The notes: generated by a model from the sequence alone, not told the origin. DNA of 32,000 nucleotides from Pseudodesulfovibrio piezophilus C1TLV30 (GCF_000341895.1 NC_020409.1:1380001-1412000); one strand, 5' to 3'. Counted from the stretch's first letter, positions 10,106 through 18,730 are shown. Numbers and translations: made by a program.

Positions 10106-10456
10106 ATGAGTGAAGAAGTAAAAGAAATTTCGTTTGACGAGCTTGGCCTGACCAAAACGCTTGAGAAAATGACAGCGAAAGAGCTGCGCACCCTGTGCGT
10201 GAAAAAGCTCCCCATGATCACCGGAGCATCCGGTAAGGACAAGGACCAACTGGTTCAGGAAATCAAGGCCATCTTCGGTATTGTCGAAGAGGAGCAGGTC
10301 TCCCCTTACAAGAAGCAGATTGCCGAGATCAAACAGCAGATTCGCACCATGCGTACCGAGAAATTGGCCATGGAAGACAACGCCAAACGCGACCGTATCC
10401 GCCGTCAGATCAACAAGCTGAAGAAGCGTACTCGTCAGCTCGCCAAAGCAGTGTAA
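10106..10456 (+). CDS. hypothetical Lys/Arg-rich protein with Rho_N/SAP-like N-terminus
   Basis: Strong RBS AAGGAGA. LEKMTAKELRTLCVKKLPMITGASGKDKDQLVQEI resembles a Rho-N-type helical motif. The C-terminus is a basic coiled coil. Confidence 0.65.
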   Translation: MSEEVKEISFDELGLTKTLEKMTAKELRTLCVKKLPMITGASGKDKDQLVQEIKAIFGIVEEEQVSPYKKQIAEIKQQIRTMRTEKLAMEDNAKRDRIRRQINKLKKRTRQLAKAV

Positions 10457-10484
10457 ATTCTGCAAAAAAAGATGCAAAAAGAAG

Positions 10485-10513
10485 TTGACATAGAGGCTTC
10501 AAACCCTTAAATC
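10485..10513 (+). promoter_or_regulatory. sigma70-type promoter of the tRNA-Gln/tRNA-Glu operon
   Basis: TTGACA (10485-10490), a 17-nt spacer, then TAAATC (10508-10513). An A-rich UP-like tract lies upstream. The tRNA starts 14 nt downstream. Confidence 0.5.
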
Positions 10514-10526
10514 ATCTTCTCGTTGC

Positions 10527-10601
10527 TGGGCTGTCGTTCAATTGGCAGGACGACGGGTTCTGGTTCCGTTAATCAAGGTTCGAGTCCTTGCAGCCCAGCC
10601 A
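10527..10601 (+). tRNA. tRNA-Gln (anticodon CTG)
   Basis: 75 nt. U1:A72 acceptor TGGGCTG/CAGCCCA, anticodon arm ACGGG-TTCTGGT-TCCGT, T arm GGTTCGAGTCC, encoded GCCA end. It is collinear with E. coli tRNA-Gln. Confidence 0.9.
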
Positions 10602-10610
10602 ACTTTCTGC

Positions 10611-10688
10611 GTCCCCATCGTCTAGTCTGGTCCAGGACGACGGCCTTTCACGCCGTTAACAGGGGTTCAAATCCCCTTGGGGACGCCA
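10611..10688 (+). tRNA. tRNA-Glu (anticodon TTC), copy 1
   Basis: 78 nt. GTCCCC...GGGGAC acceptor, anticodon loop CTTTCAC, T arm GGGGTTCAAATCCCC, encoded CCA. It is very close to E. coli tRNA-Glu. Confidence 0.95.
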
Positions 10689-10697
10689 CGGAAATAC

Positions 10698-10736
10698 AGC
10701 GGGTTTCATCAAACGATGAGACCCGCTTTCCTTTTG
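10698..10736 (+). terminator. rho-independent terminator after tRNA operon
   Basis: AGCGGGTTTCATC / GATGAGACCCGCT stem followed by TTCCTTTT. Confidence 0.7.
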
Positions 10737-10898
10737 TGCACCATGACATGAAAAGCCCCCCCCCTGAGAGACGCAGTTTCTTCAAGACTTATTTCCATCC
10801 CCCTTTGCCCGAATCCCCTTGCATACTGCATCCGGGACGGATTTCCAGACAAAGGCTCCCTACTCCCTCACCGGATCCGCCTCAGCTCTTACAGACGC

Positions 10899-10938
10899 AA
10901 AAAAACGCCTTCCAAAACCCAAGGGGTTCAAAAGGCGT
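10899..10938 (-). terminator. rho-independent terminator (minus strand) downstream of 11057-11446
   Basis: On the minus strand: ACGCCTT...AACCC-CTT-GGGTT...AAGGCGT followed by TTTTTTT. Confidence 0.5.
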
Positions 10939-11056
10939 CAACACGCTCCTTTTCCACTGAGCCTACTGACCAAAGAAGAACATCACTAACACGGCAGCCA
11001 GTCCACTTCAGCAAAGCAAGAACACAGGGTCAGACATTGTAAACTGATTATTCCCC

Positions 11057-11446
11057 TTATTGATTCCCGTGAGCTTCAAGAATCCGTGCTTTGATATACT
11101 CCAGAATTCCTGCATCCTCCGCATCAAAACAATGCCCATCCTCTCCCAGCAATCCACCAGGAACAAAATCACCGAGTTCCTCTGGGTCGGTAATGGTATC
11201 ACCAAAGAAACAGACAGAAAGCCACCGCTCGGCAGGATCATCATCAATAACATCCACCATGACAAACAAAGGACGCTTCTCTTGAGAGGTCTTCTTCCCG
11301 CGCATGGAGTATGTGATCCCAGGACGGGCAATAAAATGAATCTGAGTCTCTTCCAACGATTCGAGCAGTTTTTTCAGTTCAATGAAAAGTGGCTTTGCAC
11401 CCGCGATATCCTGATCCCATGCAGTAACAAACTCTTCGAGTTCCAT
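11057..11446 (-). CDS. hypothetical protein (129 aa)
   Basis: RBS GAGGAAAA upstream of ATG 11446. Acidic soluble protein with no domain recognised. Confidence 0.55.
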   Translation of the reverse strand: MELEEFVTAWDQDIAGAKPLFIELKKLLESLEETQIHFIARPGITYSMRGKKTSQEKRPLFVMVDVIDDDPAERWLSVCFFGDTITDPEELGDFVPGGLLGEDGHCFDAEDAGILEYIKARILEAHGNQ

Positions 11447-11770
11447 ATGTCGTTTTCCTCGCAGTTCGAGAAGTTCCGGTCCTCGGCAACACGACGATTG
11501 ACTTCCGCTAAAGATCAGAAATAATGCCAGCAGAATTCAACAGGACCGTCTTCCCCGGATTGGGGTTGATAAAAGTTGATCCACAAGGCCAACTCCGTGG
11601 ACTTGCGGCACATACCAATTATTCGAGAGTTCTTCAAGGAAGCATGGAGACTCGACCACCCACTGTTGCTACTCAAAATGTATCAAAAAAGGTTGCGGGA
11701 GGACTGACGCAGCCCGCAACCTGGAGGATTGATACATGCAGTGGCACCGTGCCCTTCGCAATGCTCAGGA

Positions 11771-13135
11771 TCAGCCGATGCAGACAGGCTTGATGTTGAC
11801 GAACTCGCGAATTCCCCAGACACCAAGCTCTCGACCGTACCCCGAAGACCCGGTCCCACCGAAAGGCAGATGCACATCACTTCTGACCAGACCATTGACA
11901 AACACACACCCTGTCCTGATCCGACCAGCTATTTCCACACCCTTCTCTTCATCTCCGGTCCAAACAGACCCACCAAGACCGAAGGGAGTATCATTTGCAA
12001 GCGCAAGAGCCTCATCAACAGACGAAACCTTGAAAACCAGAGCAACCGGCCCGAACAACTCTTCCCGTGCGACCGAGGCATCTGGAGGAAGGTCCGTGAT
12101 GATGGTCGGCGGATAATAAAACCCCGGCCCTTTTGGCAGCGCGCCCCCGAGACGAAGAACTCCTCCTGACTCGACACAACGGTCAACCTGCTCCTGCAAT
12201 TCCTCACGCAGTGTCCCTGAGGACATCGGTCCCATATCCGTCGCGCTTTCGAGAGGATCGCCTATCACCAGTTTGGACATACTTTCAGACAACCGGGAAA
12301 CAAATGTCTCGTACACTTCCTCGAAAACAATGAAACGTTTGGCTGCAATACAGGTTTGCCCGGTATTCCCACAACGGGAAAGCGTTGCCACGCGAACCGC
12401 TTCGTCCATATCCGCATCAGGCAAGAGGATGAATGGATCACTCCCCCCCAATTCCATCACTGACTTCTTCAGACGCGCTCCTGCCGCAGAAGCGACTTTG
12501 CGTCCGGCAGGTTCACTCCCGGTGAGGCTCACGGCAAAGACTGAAGGGTGATCAAGAACAGATTCGACCTGACGTGCTCCGATAAGTAATGTACGGAAGA
12601 TATTCTCAGGCAATTCCGCTTCCTTGAATATCCTTTCAATGGCAAGTGCGCACTGGGGCACATTGGAAGCATGCTTCAAAACCATTGTATTCCCAGCCAT
12701 CAAGGAGGGAGCAGCGATGCGAAAGACCTGCCAAAGCGGGAAATTCCATGGCATGACCGTCAGGACCGTGCCCATCGGCTCAAAAGTGACACAGGCCTTG
12801 CGCCCTACCCCTTCCACTCTTTCCGGAGCGAGCATACCCTCAGCTTCCTCAGCGTAGAAATCAAGGACAGCAGCGCACTTCCCGACCTCTCCTTCCCCCT
12901 GCCGAATGGGTTTCCCCATTTCACGCGCCATTATTACAGCCAATTCCGAAGCCTGGCTCCGAAGTTTTTGCGCAGCACGCTTCAAGCACGCTGCCCGGTA
13001 GGAAAAACTGGTTGTTCTCCAACTCTCCCAAGCTGTTGCCACATCATCCAAAATGGCATTGGTCTGTTCAAGAGAATAGGCATCATATGTTTCAAGCACT
13101 TCTTCAGTGGCTGGATTCAGACTTCGAATGGTCAT
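11771..13135 (-). CDS. NAD(P)-dependent aldehyde dehydrogenase, succinate-semialdehyde dehydrogenase-like
   Basis: ALDH family motifs FPLWQV, VLKHASNVP, ELGGSDPF, catalytic Cys in GQTCIAAKR, and EELFGPV. The start is moved to ATG 13135 (MTIRSLNPATEE), giving the usual ~454 aa. Confidence 0.9.
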   Translation of the reverse strand: MTIRSLNPATEEVLETYDAYSLEQTNAILDDVATAWESWRTTSFSYRAACLKRAAQKLRSQASELAVIMAREMGKPIRQGEGEVGKCAAVLDFYAEEAEGMLAPERVEGVGRKACVTFEPMGTVLTVMPWNFPLWQVFRIAAPSLMAGNTMVLKHASNVPQCALAIERIFKEAELPENIFRTLLIGARQVESVLDHPSVFAVSLTGSEPAGRKVASAAGARLKKSVMELGGSDPFILLPDADMDEAVRVATLSRCGNTGQTCIAAKRFIVFEEVYETFVSRLSESMSKLVIGDPLESATDMGPMSSGTLREELQEQVDRCVESGGVLRLGGALPKGPGFYYPPTIITDLPPDASVAREELFGPVALVFKVSSVDEALALANDTPFGLGGSVWTGDEEKGVEIAGRIRTGCVFVNGLVRSDVHLPFGGTGSSGYGRELGVWGIREFVNIKPVCIG

Positions 13136-13280
13136 ATAAACACAAACTCCTTGCGGTTCGTTCACAGAACCACCTCCGACCGCATTCTTCGAAGGCGATT
13201 GCTTTAATTCCCATCAAAAATAAACACAAATTATCATGAGATCTTCCGAAAGAAGCCTTCATCATATCCTTTGCGGCTAA

Positions 13281-13296
13281 AGCACATACTATACCA
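13281..13296 (-). promoter_or_regulatory. candidate sigma54 (-24/-12) promoter upstream of the aldehyde dehydrogenase
   Basis: The minus strand reads TGGTATAGTATGTGCT, which fits the GG-N10-GC spacing. It lies about 150 nt upstream of ATG 13135. The match to TGGCAC-N5-TTGCW is only partial. Confidence 0.25.
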
Positions 13297-14007
13297 CAAG
13301 GAAAATCGTCAAATAAATTAATTAGTTACTAATTTTTACGTCTCGATATAGACACGCATCGATTCATTATTAAATCAGGCACAATCCCAACAGGCTGTAT
13401 TTTCATACTTTATAGGCGATTCAAAAATGTATCGATCTTGGGTCATCTCTCTCGCACATGTCCCCGAACACGTGCAAAGTGGAAAATCCGGTGCCTCCAG
13501 GCCATAGAAAAGCCAGCAAAGAGGACACTCACAAGACACAAGGCTCCCATACAAAACACAATGGGCATGATCTGGTTAAAAGAAAAATTACTTTTGTATG
13601 ACTTGCGCGTTGCAAAATATCCTCTTCGAAAATCATATGCCAGACAAAAAAACAATTCGTGTCGATTCAAAAATGAATCACCCTCATTCCTTTTCTATGC
13701 CGCCAGACATGACGACACTTGTAGAAAAGCCCAGAATAAAACCCTCCTCATGGACACAGACAACGAGCGCGCAAGTGTAAAGAAATAAAGAGATTTTACA
13801 GTGTTCAAGACAATAAATTTATCCCAACAATGCTTTCTATTCGCCACAGAGATAAGCGAAAAAAAAGCGCTCTTGCCAAAAAAAAATGAATTGATTCATT
13901 AAAAGGCTTGCCAGGTCTGAAATTATATGTAAAACAGCCCTTCCACAGACGAGAGAAGGTTGCTCCGAAAGGGCTTACAGCCCCTTTGACATGCCACCTC
14001 ACAATGC

Positions 14008-14085
14008 GTCCCCATCGTCTAGTCTGGCCCAGGACGTCGGCCTTTCACGCCGTTAACAGGGGTTCAAATCCCCTTGGGGACGCCA
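14008..14085 (+). tRNA. tRNA-Glu (anticodon TTC), copy 2
   Basis: 78 nt and identical to copy 1 except at 2 positions (D-loop T to C; position 27 A to T). Confidence 0.95.
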
Positions 14086-14095
14086 CGATAGCAAA

Positions 14096-14129
14096 AGAAG
14101 CAGTCGATTTCTCGACTGCTTCTTTTTTT
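14096..14129 (+). terminator. rho-independent terminator
   Basis: AGAAGCAGTCGA-TTTC-TCGACTGCTTCT followed by TTTTTT. Confidence 0.8.
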
Positions 14130-14168
14130 GTACTCTCACGAGGACACTCTCTTACCCTCATGACGCTC

Positions 14169-14468
14169 CTATTTCACAACATCGACTTCTTCCCATGTAT
14201 TCACGTCGGCGACACCGACGACCAGATCCGCCGTGGCGTCACGCATGGCTTGCATATGTGGAGTTCCCCCATGTGCCGCCAGATGGGTAGGGCTTTCCCA
14301 TATTTCATAGAACAGAAAAACACTGCCGTATTCTGACCTATGCAAATCGTACCGCAGACAGCCTTCTTCTTCGCGAACCGCCGGAATGACTGCTTTGAGA
14401 GCCTTCTCCAATTCCTGTTCCATACCATCCTTGGCAACGACCGTTGCACTCACGAATATCAATCCCAT
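14169..14468 (-). CDS. antibiotic-biosynthesis-monooxygenase (ABM/YgiN-like) domain protein
   Basis: The start is moved to ATG 14468 (RBS GGAAGGAAA). 99 aa. The pattern EEGCLRYDLHRS....FLFYEIWES..HLAAH..TPHMQA is typical of ABM ferredoxin-like folds. Confidence 0.75.
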   Translation of the reverse strand: MGLIFVSATVVAKDGMEQELEKALKAVIPAVREEEGCLRYDLHRSEYGSVFLFYEIWESPTHLAAHGGTPHMQAMRDATADLVVGVADVNTWEEVDVVK

Positions 14469-14910
14469 AATTTCCTTCCTTTCTTTTCTCTCAAAATTCT
14501 CTCTCAACCCCACGCCCTCAACTTCTGAAACCTGTACCCAAATCACGTCATCACCTTATACAGTATGTCATGCGGAACACCAAATCATAATAAATTCTGC
14601 ACATATCTCCACCCGAAGGGGACATCCCCTTCTCCCTCCGCCGCCCGAGCACCTCTCAAACAGATTGAGCCAATTCTGAAAAGTCCCCATCCCTCCGCCA
14701 TTCCCGGTCGTAAACCTTCTGAGCTTGACCAACACCCTCCTCACAATGAACTCTTTCGGTTTTTTGTAACCCACACGGACGATACTTCGATTACTCTCAT
14801 GTAACAGGTTTACTCCAGCCTGCATTCGCTCCTTGGGAGAGGGGAGACAGCACAATGGCTCTGTCTCGGATGCATGCATTCGGATGAACCAAGGTACAAG
14901 GAGATTGACT

Positions 14911-15387
14911 ATGGAAATCGGTTCCATTGACGGAATGCAGCAAGGGATGTCCATGAGCGGTTTCCGCCGCCCCCCTGGCGAACCATCTGAAGACGCCGAA
15001 GACATGTCAACCAAGATCGTGGACGAGCAGGACACCAACGAAGATGGACTGCTCAGTGCCGAGGAGCTCGGGGAAGACAGCGATGTCATCGCAAACCTCG
15101 ATGAAGACGGCGACGGACTCCTCTCTCAGTCCGAGCTCCAAAGCGGCTTGCAGGCCAAGATGGAGGAAGCACAATCTTCCTTTGAATCCGGCACGCAGCC
15201 CTCTGCAGAAAACAGGGAGTTCATGGAGCAGATGCAATCCCTGACCGGTATGACCACTGGCGAACCTGCACAGGCCAGCCAGACGTATGCCGCCGAACAG
15301 AGCGCCACGACAACAAGTGAAGAACTTGATCTGTCAAGCAGCAGTTATGATCAACTGCTCCTCGACGGACTCAACCTCACGATCTGA
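14911..15387 (+). CDS. EF-hand calcium-binding motif protein, acidic
   Basis: The start is moved to ATG 14911 (RBS AAGGAGA). There are two EF-hand loops, DTNEDGLLSAEEL and DEDGDGLLSQSEL. A CTGACCGCGCC/GGCGCGGTCAG hairpin lies downstream at 15445-15469. Confidence 0.7.
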   Translation: MEIGSIDGMQQGMSMSGFRRPPGEPSEDAEDMSTKIVDEQDTNEDGLLSAEELGEDSDVIANLDEDGDGLLSQSELQSGLQAKMEEAQSSFESGTQPSAENREFMEQMQSLTGMTTGEPAQASQTYAAEQSATTTSEELDLSSSSYDQLLLDGLNLTI

Positions 15388-15558
15388 CAAAGGGCCTCTC
15401 CCGGGGATGTTCGCTGACCATCCCCTCCTACTCTGTGAGAAGGAGTCAATCTCCCTGACCGCGCCCGAGGCGCGGTCAGTCAGGATTACCGGAGCGCTTG
15501 CATCCGACTGTCACAATAGGCACACTGGATGAAATGCTCTGATTCGAATAAGGATGTA

Positions 15559-16158
15559 ATGCCCGGAAAACCGGACGACATGGCTCTCATTACTGAGATA
15601 ATCAGTGGTGATACGAATGCCTTCAAGTTTCTGCTTGAAAGGTATGAAATACGTGTCGCCCGAATTGTAGCCGCCCATGTTCCACCGGAGCACGTAGCAG
15701 AAGTTTCACACGAGACGTTCATCAGAGCGTTCAAATCACTGCACGGCTACAGTCCGGTCAAACCGTTTCTCAACTGGTTGACAACTATTGCGACACGGAG
15801 TTGCCATGATTTTTGGCGGGATCATTACCGCAGAAAGGAATCATTGACGTGCGATCTGAGTCTTGACGGTCAGCGTTTCATGGAAACTGCTCTGGCAGAA
15901 GAATCGAAAGACAAATTCGACTCTCTCGTCAGGCAACGAGAAGCGCAAGAACTCCTTGCTCTGCTCCTCGATCAACTGGCACCCATGGACAGAATGGTGC
16001 TCACCCTGACCTATCTGGAAGAAAGGTCAACAAAGGAAACGGCTGCAATGCTTGATATCAGTGTACCTAATGTTAAGGTACGCTCATTTCGGGCCAAACG
16101 AAAACTCAAGAGCTTCTTGAAACGGAACGGCATCCAAGGAGGGGCGCATGACTCGTAA
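15559..16158 (+). CDS. ECF-type RNA polymerase sigma factor
   Basis: Sigma70 region 2 (FKFLLERYE...HETFIRAFKSL...WLTTIA) and region 4 (LTYLEERSTKETAAMLDISVPNVKVRSFRAKRKL). ATG 15559 has RBS AAGGA. The track start at 15529 lacks an RBS. Confidence 0.85.
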   Translation: MPGKPDDMALITEIISGDTNAFKFLLERYEIRVARIVAAHVPPEHVAEVSHETFIRAFKSLHGYSPVKPFLNWLTTIATRSCHDFWRDHYRRKESLTCDLSLDGQRFMETALAEESKDKFDSLVRQREAQELLALLLDQLAPMDRMVLTLTYLEERSTKETAAMLDISVPNVKVRSFRAKRKLKSFLKRNGIQGGAHDS

Positions 16159-16456
16159 CGGGAAGAGGACTATCCAGAATTTTCTCAGGGCTATTCACCG
16201 ACAGACACCCAAGGGGACGCTGCCAGACACTTGGAGCAGCTGTGTTATGCGGGAAATAGCTCTCTCAGGTCGGTTCGACATCCATTCCACAGATCTGGAG
16301 CGTATGGCTCCCCGGTTTGCCATGGTTGCAGTCAGTCTTTCGGCCCTGCTCGTCATGACAGCCACATGGGCTCTACACTCTCTGCCGAGCACGCTTTACT
16401 CGGCATACAGTGCGCAGATGTTCAATTTTATCCCAGCCTCACTGGCAAGTATGTAA
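16148..16456 (+). CDS. putative single-pass anti-sigma factor
   Basis: The ORF overlaps the sigma gene stop by 11 nt. It has one TM helix (FAMVAVSLSALLVMTATWAL). No zf-HC2 motif is present, so the call is positional only. Confidence 0.45.
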   Translation: MTRNGKRTIQNFLRAIHRQTPKGTLPDTWSSCVMREIALSGRFDIHSTDLERMAPRFAMVAVSLSALLVMTATWALHSLPSTLYSAYSAQMFNFIPASLASM

Positions 16457-16469
16457 GGTGAGCATTCGC

Positions 16470-16892
16470 ATGCAAAATTGGAAAGTATGGACCTCATTTC
16501 TGACAGTATTTGTCGCTGGAGCCATAGTCGGTATTATTGGCACCGGTATTTTTCTGAAATTCCACTTCACTCCGCCCAAAGACGCTTCCAGTTTCCGAGC
16601 CATGATGCGACATCATTTTCTGGAAGAGATAACGGATGAAGTGAATCCTGACCCGACTGCGATTCCCGCCATTACTACCATCATTGATGAATCGTTGGCA
16701 GAACTCGATCATGCCCGTCAAGACATGCATATCCGTCTCAAAGGAATTCTTAAAAAAGGCCGGGATAAGATAATGACTCATCTGACTCCTGAACAACAAG
16801 AAAGGTTTGACCGTCTGATCAGGGAACGGAAAGCTGGAAGAAAAGGTATGCTGAATTTTCTCCCACCGCCACCTCCGCCACCATTTGATTGA
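16470..16892 (+). CDS. membrane-anchored periplasmic LTXXQ (Spy/CpxP/ZraP-like) protein with poly-Pro tail
   Basis: The start is moved to ATG 16470 (RBS AAGGTGA). It has an N-terminal TM helix, an LTPEQQERF motif, and ends FLPPPPPPPFD. Confidence 0.6.
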   Translation: MQNWKVWTSFLTVFVAGAIVGIIGTGIFLKFHFTPPKDASSFRAMMRHHFLEEITDEVNPDPTAIPAITTIIDESLAELDHARQDMHIRLKGILKKGRDKIMTHLTPEQQERFDRLIRERKAGRKGMLNFLPPPPPPPFD

Positions 16893-16895
16893 TTT

Positions 16896-17189
16896 TTATC
16901 GACACAACACCGAGGAATCAGGGTTTGCCCCGGCAAGATAGAGCGCCACACCTTCAATCTTTTCTGGTGCCACTTGTGCTCCTTTGGCGACCATCTTCTC
17001 AACAGTAGATTTCCAGGCAGGGCCACTTTTAACGCCAAGATTGAGGCAAATACGCTTGGCTGAATGACATTTTGTGCATGTCTTTTCCACAAAAGTCCCC
17101 ATGTCCGAGGCAAGCCCAAACCCGGCCAGAAAAAAGATGGAACAGAACAATGAAACAGCAATTTGGTAGCGAAATTTGACAAGATTCAT
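16896..17189 (-). CDS. small monoheme c-type cytochrome, signal-anchored
   Basis: The start is moved to ATG 17189 (RBS AAGGAGA). It has a hydrophobic N-terminus and a single CTKCH (CxxCH) heme-binding motif. EKMVAKG supplies a possible Met ligand. Confidence 0.65.
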   Translation of the reverse strand: MNLVKFRYQIAVSLFCSIFFLAGFGLASDMGTFVEKTCTKCHSAKRICLNLGVKSGPAWKSTVEKMVAKGAQVAPEKIEGVALYLAGANPDSSVLCR

Positions 17190-17485
17190 TTGGATCTCCT
17201 TCTTTTCATACCCTCGAGCGCCACGCTTTCGGCACTTCGATCTATCTCTGCGAACACTTTCCATTGACTGGAGAAATTACTCCACCTCACTTTAAAAGTA
17301 CAGTACTCACGGCTAACTGATAGGGTGAAACCCAACCCAAAAGATTCTTCCTTGTCCAGAAAGCGAAAAGTTGCTATCTCAAACACCCTTGATGAGTGGC
17401 AGGCTTCGGCAACTGATCCAGTTTCCCTAACCCGAGAAACTGCCTCGCAGTCTCCCCCCTCCTCAAAGGCAAGTCACTTCCACCC

Positions 17486-17579
17486 GGAAGCGTTTCGGCA
17501 CCGGTGTGTCGCTTGGTCTTCAAAACCAATGTACGGCAGTGATGTCGTAGGCAGGTTCGACTCCTGTACGCTTCCGCCA
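17486..17579 (+). tRNA. selC: tRNA-Sec (anticodon TCA)
   Basis: 94 nt. 8-bp acceptor GGAAGCGT/ACGCTTCC, 6-bp D stem CGGCAC/GTGTCG with a 4-nt loop, anticodon loop CTTCAAA. The long variable arm is TACGGCA-GTGA-TGTCGTA, the 5-bp T stem carries TTCGACT, and the discriminator is G plus CCA. This is the canonical bacterial 8/5 Sec structure. Confidence 0.92.
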
Positions 17580-17581
17580 TT
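17513..17581 (+). repeat. attL: direct repeat copy 1 (anticodon stem to 3' end of tRNA-Sec)
   Basis: 69 bp repeated at 23292-23360 with 3 mismatches (17521, 17555, 17570; each is G/C here and A in the distal copy). Confidence 0.85.
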
Positions 17582-17589
17582 GTTAACAA

Positions 17590-17623
17590 AAATGCCGATC
17601 AGAAATGTTCGGCATTTTTTCTT
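17590..17623 (+). terminator. rho-independent terminator after selC
   Basis: AATGCCGA-loop-TCGGCATT followed by TTTTCTTT. Confidence 0.65.
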
Positions 17624-17881
17624 TCCAGAGTTGCCCAACACTCTTCCCAACATCCGTCGAAGGTTTTCGATTCGAAACTTGTTGACAAAATGCACTTTGA
17701 GGGCCGATTGAAGACCTAGGTCGCAGGCAGTTTATGGAGGCTGCGACAAACTCGCCGAGAATGGACAGTCAGAAAATCAAAGAATCTGGCGTATCCATTT
17801 TCACCCCACTATACGATGGCTTTCTGACCATCGCCGTCTATCTGCTTGATGCACCACCGCATCACTTATTCTGCCTATATT

Positions 17882-17922
17882 GTTCAAATATTGAACACTC
17901 CGTCTGAATTACGCTTATAATT
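17882..17922 (+). promoter_or_regulatory. palindromic operator overlapping a sigma70-like promoter inside the island
   Basis: Perfect 7-3-7 palindrome TGTTCAA-ATA-TTGAACA (17882-17898). TTGAAC (17892-17897) could act as a -35 and TATAAT (17917-17922) as a -10, with a 19-nt spacer. An RBS-preceded ATG follows at 18036. Confidence 0.35.
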
Positions 17923-18104
17923 TCTGTACGCAATGATCTGGCAATACTCTACTGATTGATTCTTTTCGCAATGAGCGATGGAATCAAATTGTTGGGAATG
18001 AGCCCACCACGCTCAACGGCTTTTAAGGAGTAGCAATGTCTACACTTATAAACGAGAGCATGCAGCCAAGATTATTGGAAAAAGTGTTTCCTGGCTGTAA
18101 AAAG

Positions 18105-18730
18105 ATAGAGGTTCTAGTCATAGTACCCCCGGCAAAGCCGGGGCTTGTAGCTTGTGAGCCACTCAAAGTGGCTTTAAGAACCGCCTAAAGGCGGAATTTC
18201 AGTTGCTCCATCCGCTTGTCGTCATCTTCTTGCTTGCGAATGTATTCCCTTATCATTTTTTCGTCTCGCCCTACTGTCGTGACGTAATATCCACGCGCCC
18301 AGAAGCTCTGCCCTGCAAATCCTTTTGCCCGACCTTGGACTTCTCGCGCTATGTGGATTGCACTTTTACCCTTTATGTAACCAACCACTTGGGACACCGA
18401 GTATTTGGGTGGAATCGCAATAGACATATGCACATGATCAACACACAAGTGCCCTTCCAGTATCTTGCTTTCTCGTTGTGCTACCAGTTTATGGAACACA
18501 TCGCCCAAGTAATTTCTAAGCTTTCCAAACAGCACCTTACGTCGGTACTTAGGTATCCAAACGATATGGTACTTGCAGTCCCATTTTGTATGACATAGGC
18601 TTGAATTGCACTTCTTTGAAGCCTCTCCCTTGCTCACTTTGAGCAGCTCACAAGGGGGGAGGCTTCATGCTACTCCCGCATAAGTCAAACTTCTATGGCC
18701 GCCCCAGCAGAGCTGGGGGGGGCTCTCATT
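18105..18730 (-). mobile_element. IS200/IS605-family insertion sequence (tnpA only); ends approximate
   Basis: A Y1 transposase gene is flanked by similar subterminal hairpins, CCCCGGCAAAGCCGGGG (18127-18143) and CCCCAGCAGAGCTGGGG (18702-18718). Confidence 0.75.
18185..18637 (-). CDS. tnpA: IS200/IS605 family Y1 (HUH) transposase
   Basis: 150 aa. KYHIVWIPKYRRKVL, the HUH motif in DHVHMSIAIPPKYSVSQVVGYIKGKS, and the catalytic Tyr region FWARGYYVTTVG. Confidence 0.92.
   Translation of the reverse strand: MSKGEASKKCNSSLCHTKWDCKYHIVWIPKYRRKVLFGKLRNYLGDVFHKLVAQRESKILEGHLCVDHVHMSIAIPPKYSVSQVVGYIKGKSAIHIAREVQGRAKGFAGQSFWARGYYVTTVGRDEKMIREYIRKQEDDDKRMEQLKFRL

Noticed and set aside
10523-10960. 145-aa plus-strand ORF (also 13908-14336 and 17325-17711)
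   Set aside because: These ORFs read straight through tRNA-Gln/Glu, tRNA-Glu copy 2 and tRNA-Sec respectively. They are artefacts of open frames across RNA genes.
13438-13788. 116-aa ORF (TTG start) and 75-aa antisense ORF in the AT-rich gap
   Set aside because: The composition is Arg/Lys-rich and unnatural, there is no RBS, and the start is non-ATG. The region is treated as non-coding.
10611-14085. Interval between the two tRNA-Glu copies as a tRNA-integrated island
   Set aside because: The repeats are complete genes rather than 3' fragments. There is no integrase or mobility gene, and the content (aldehyde dehydrogenase) looks like ordinary metabolism.
17734-17907. 57-aa ORF (MEAATNSPRMDSQ...) just inside attL
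   Set aside because: It has a weak RBS and no motif, and it ends inside the palindromic operator. Evidence for coding is insufficient.
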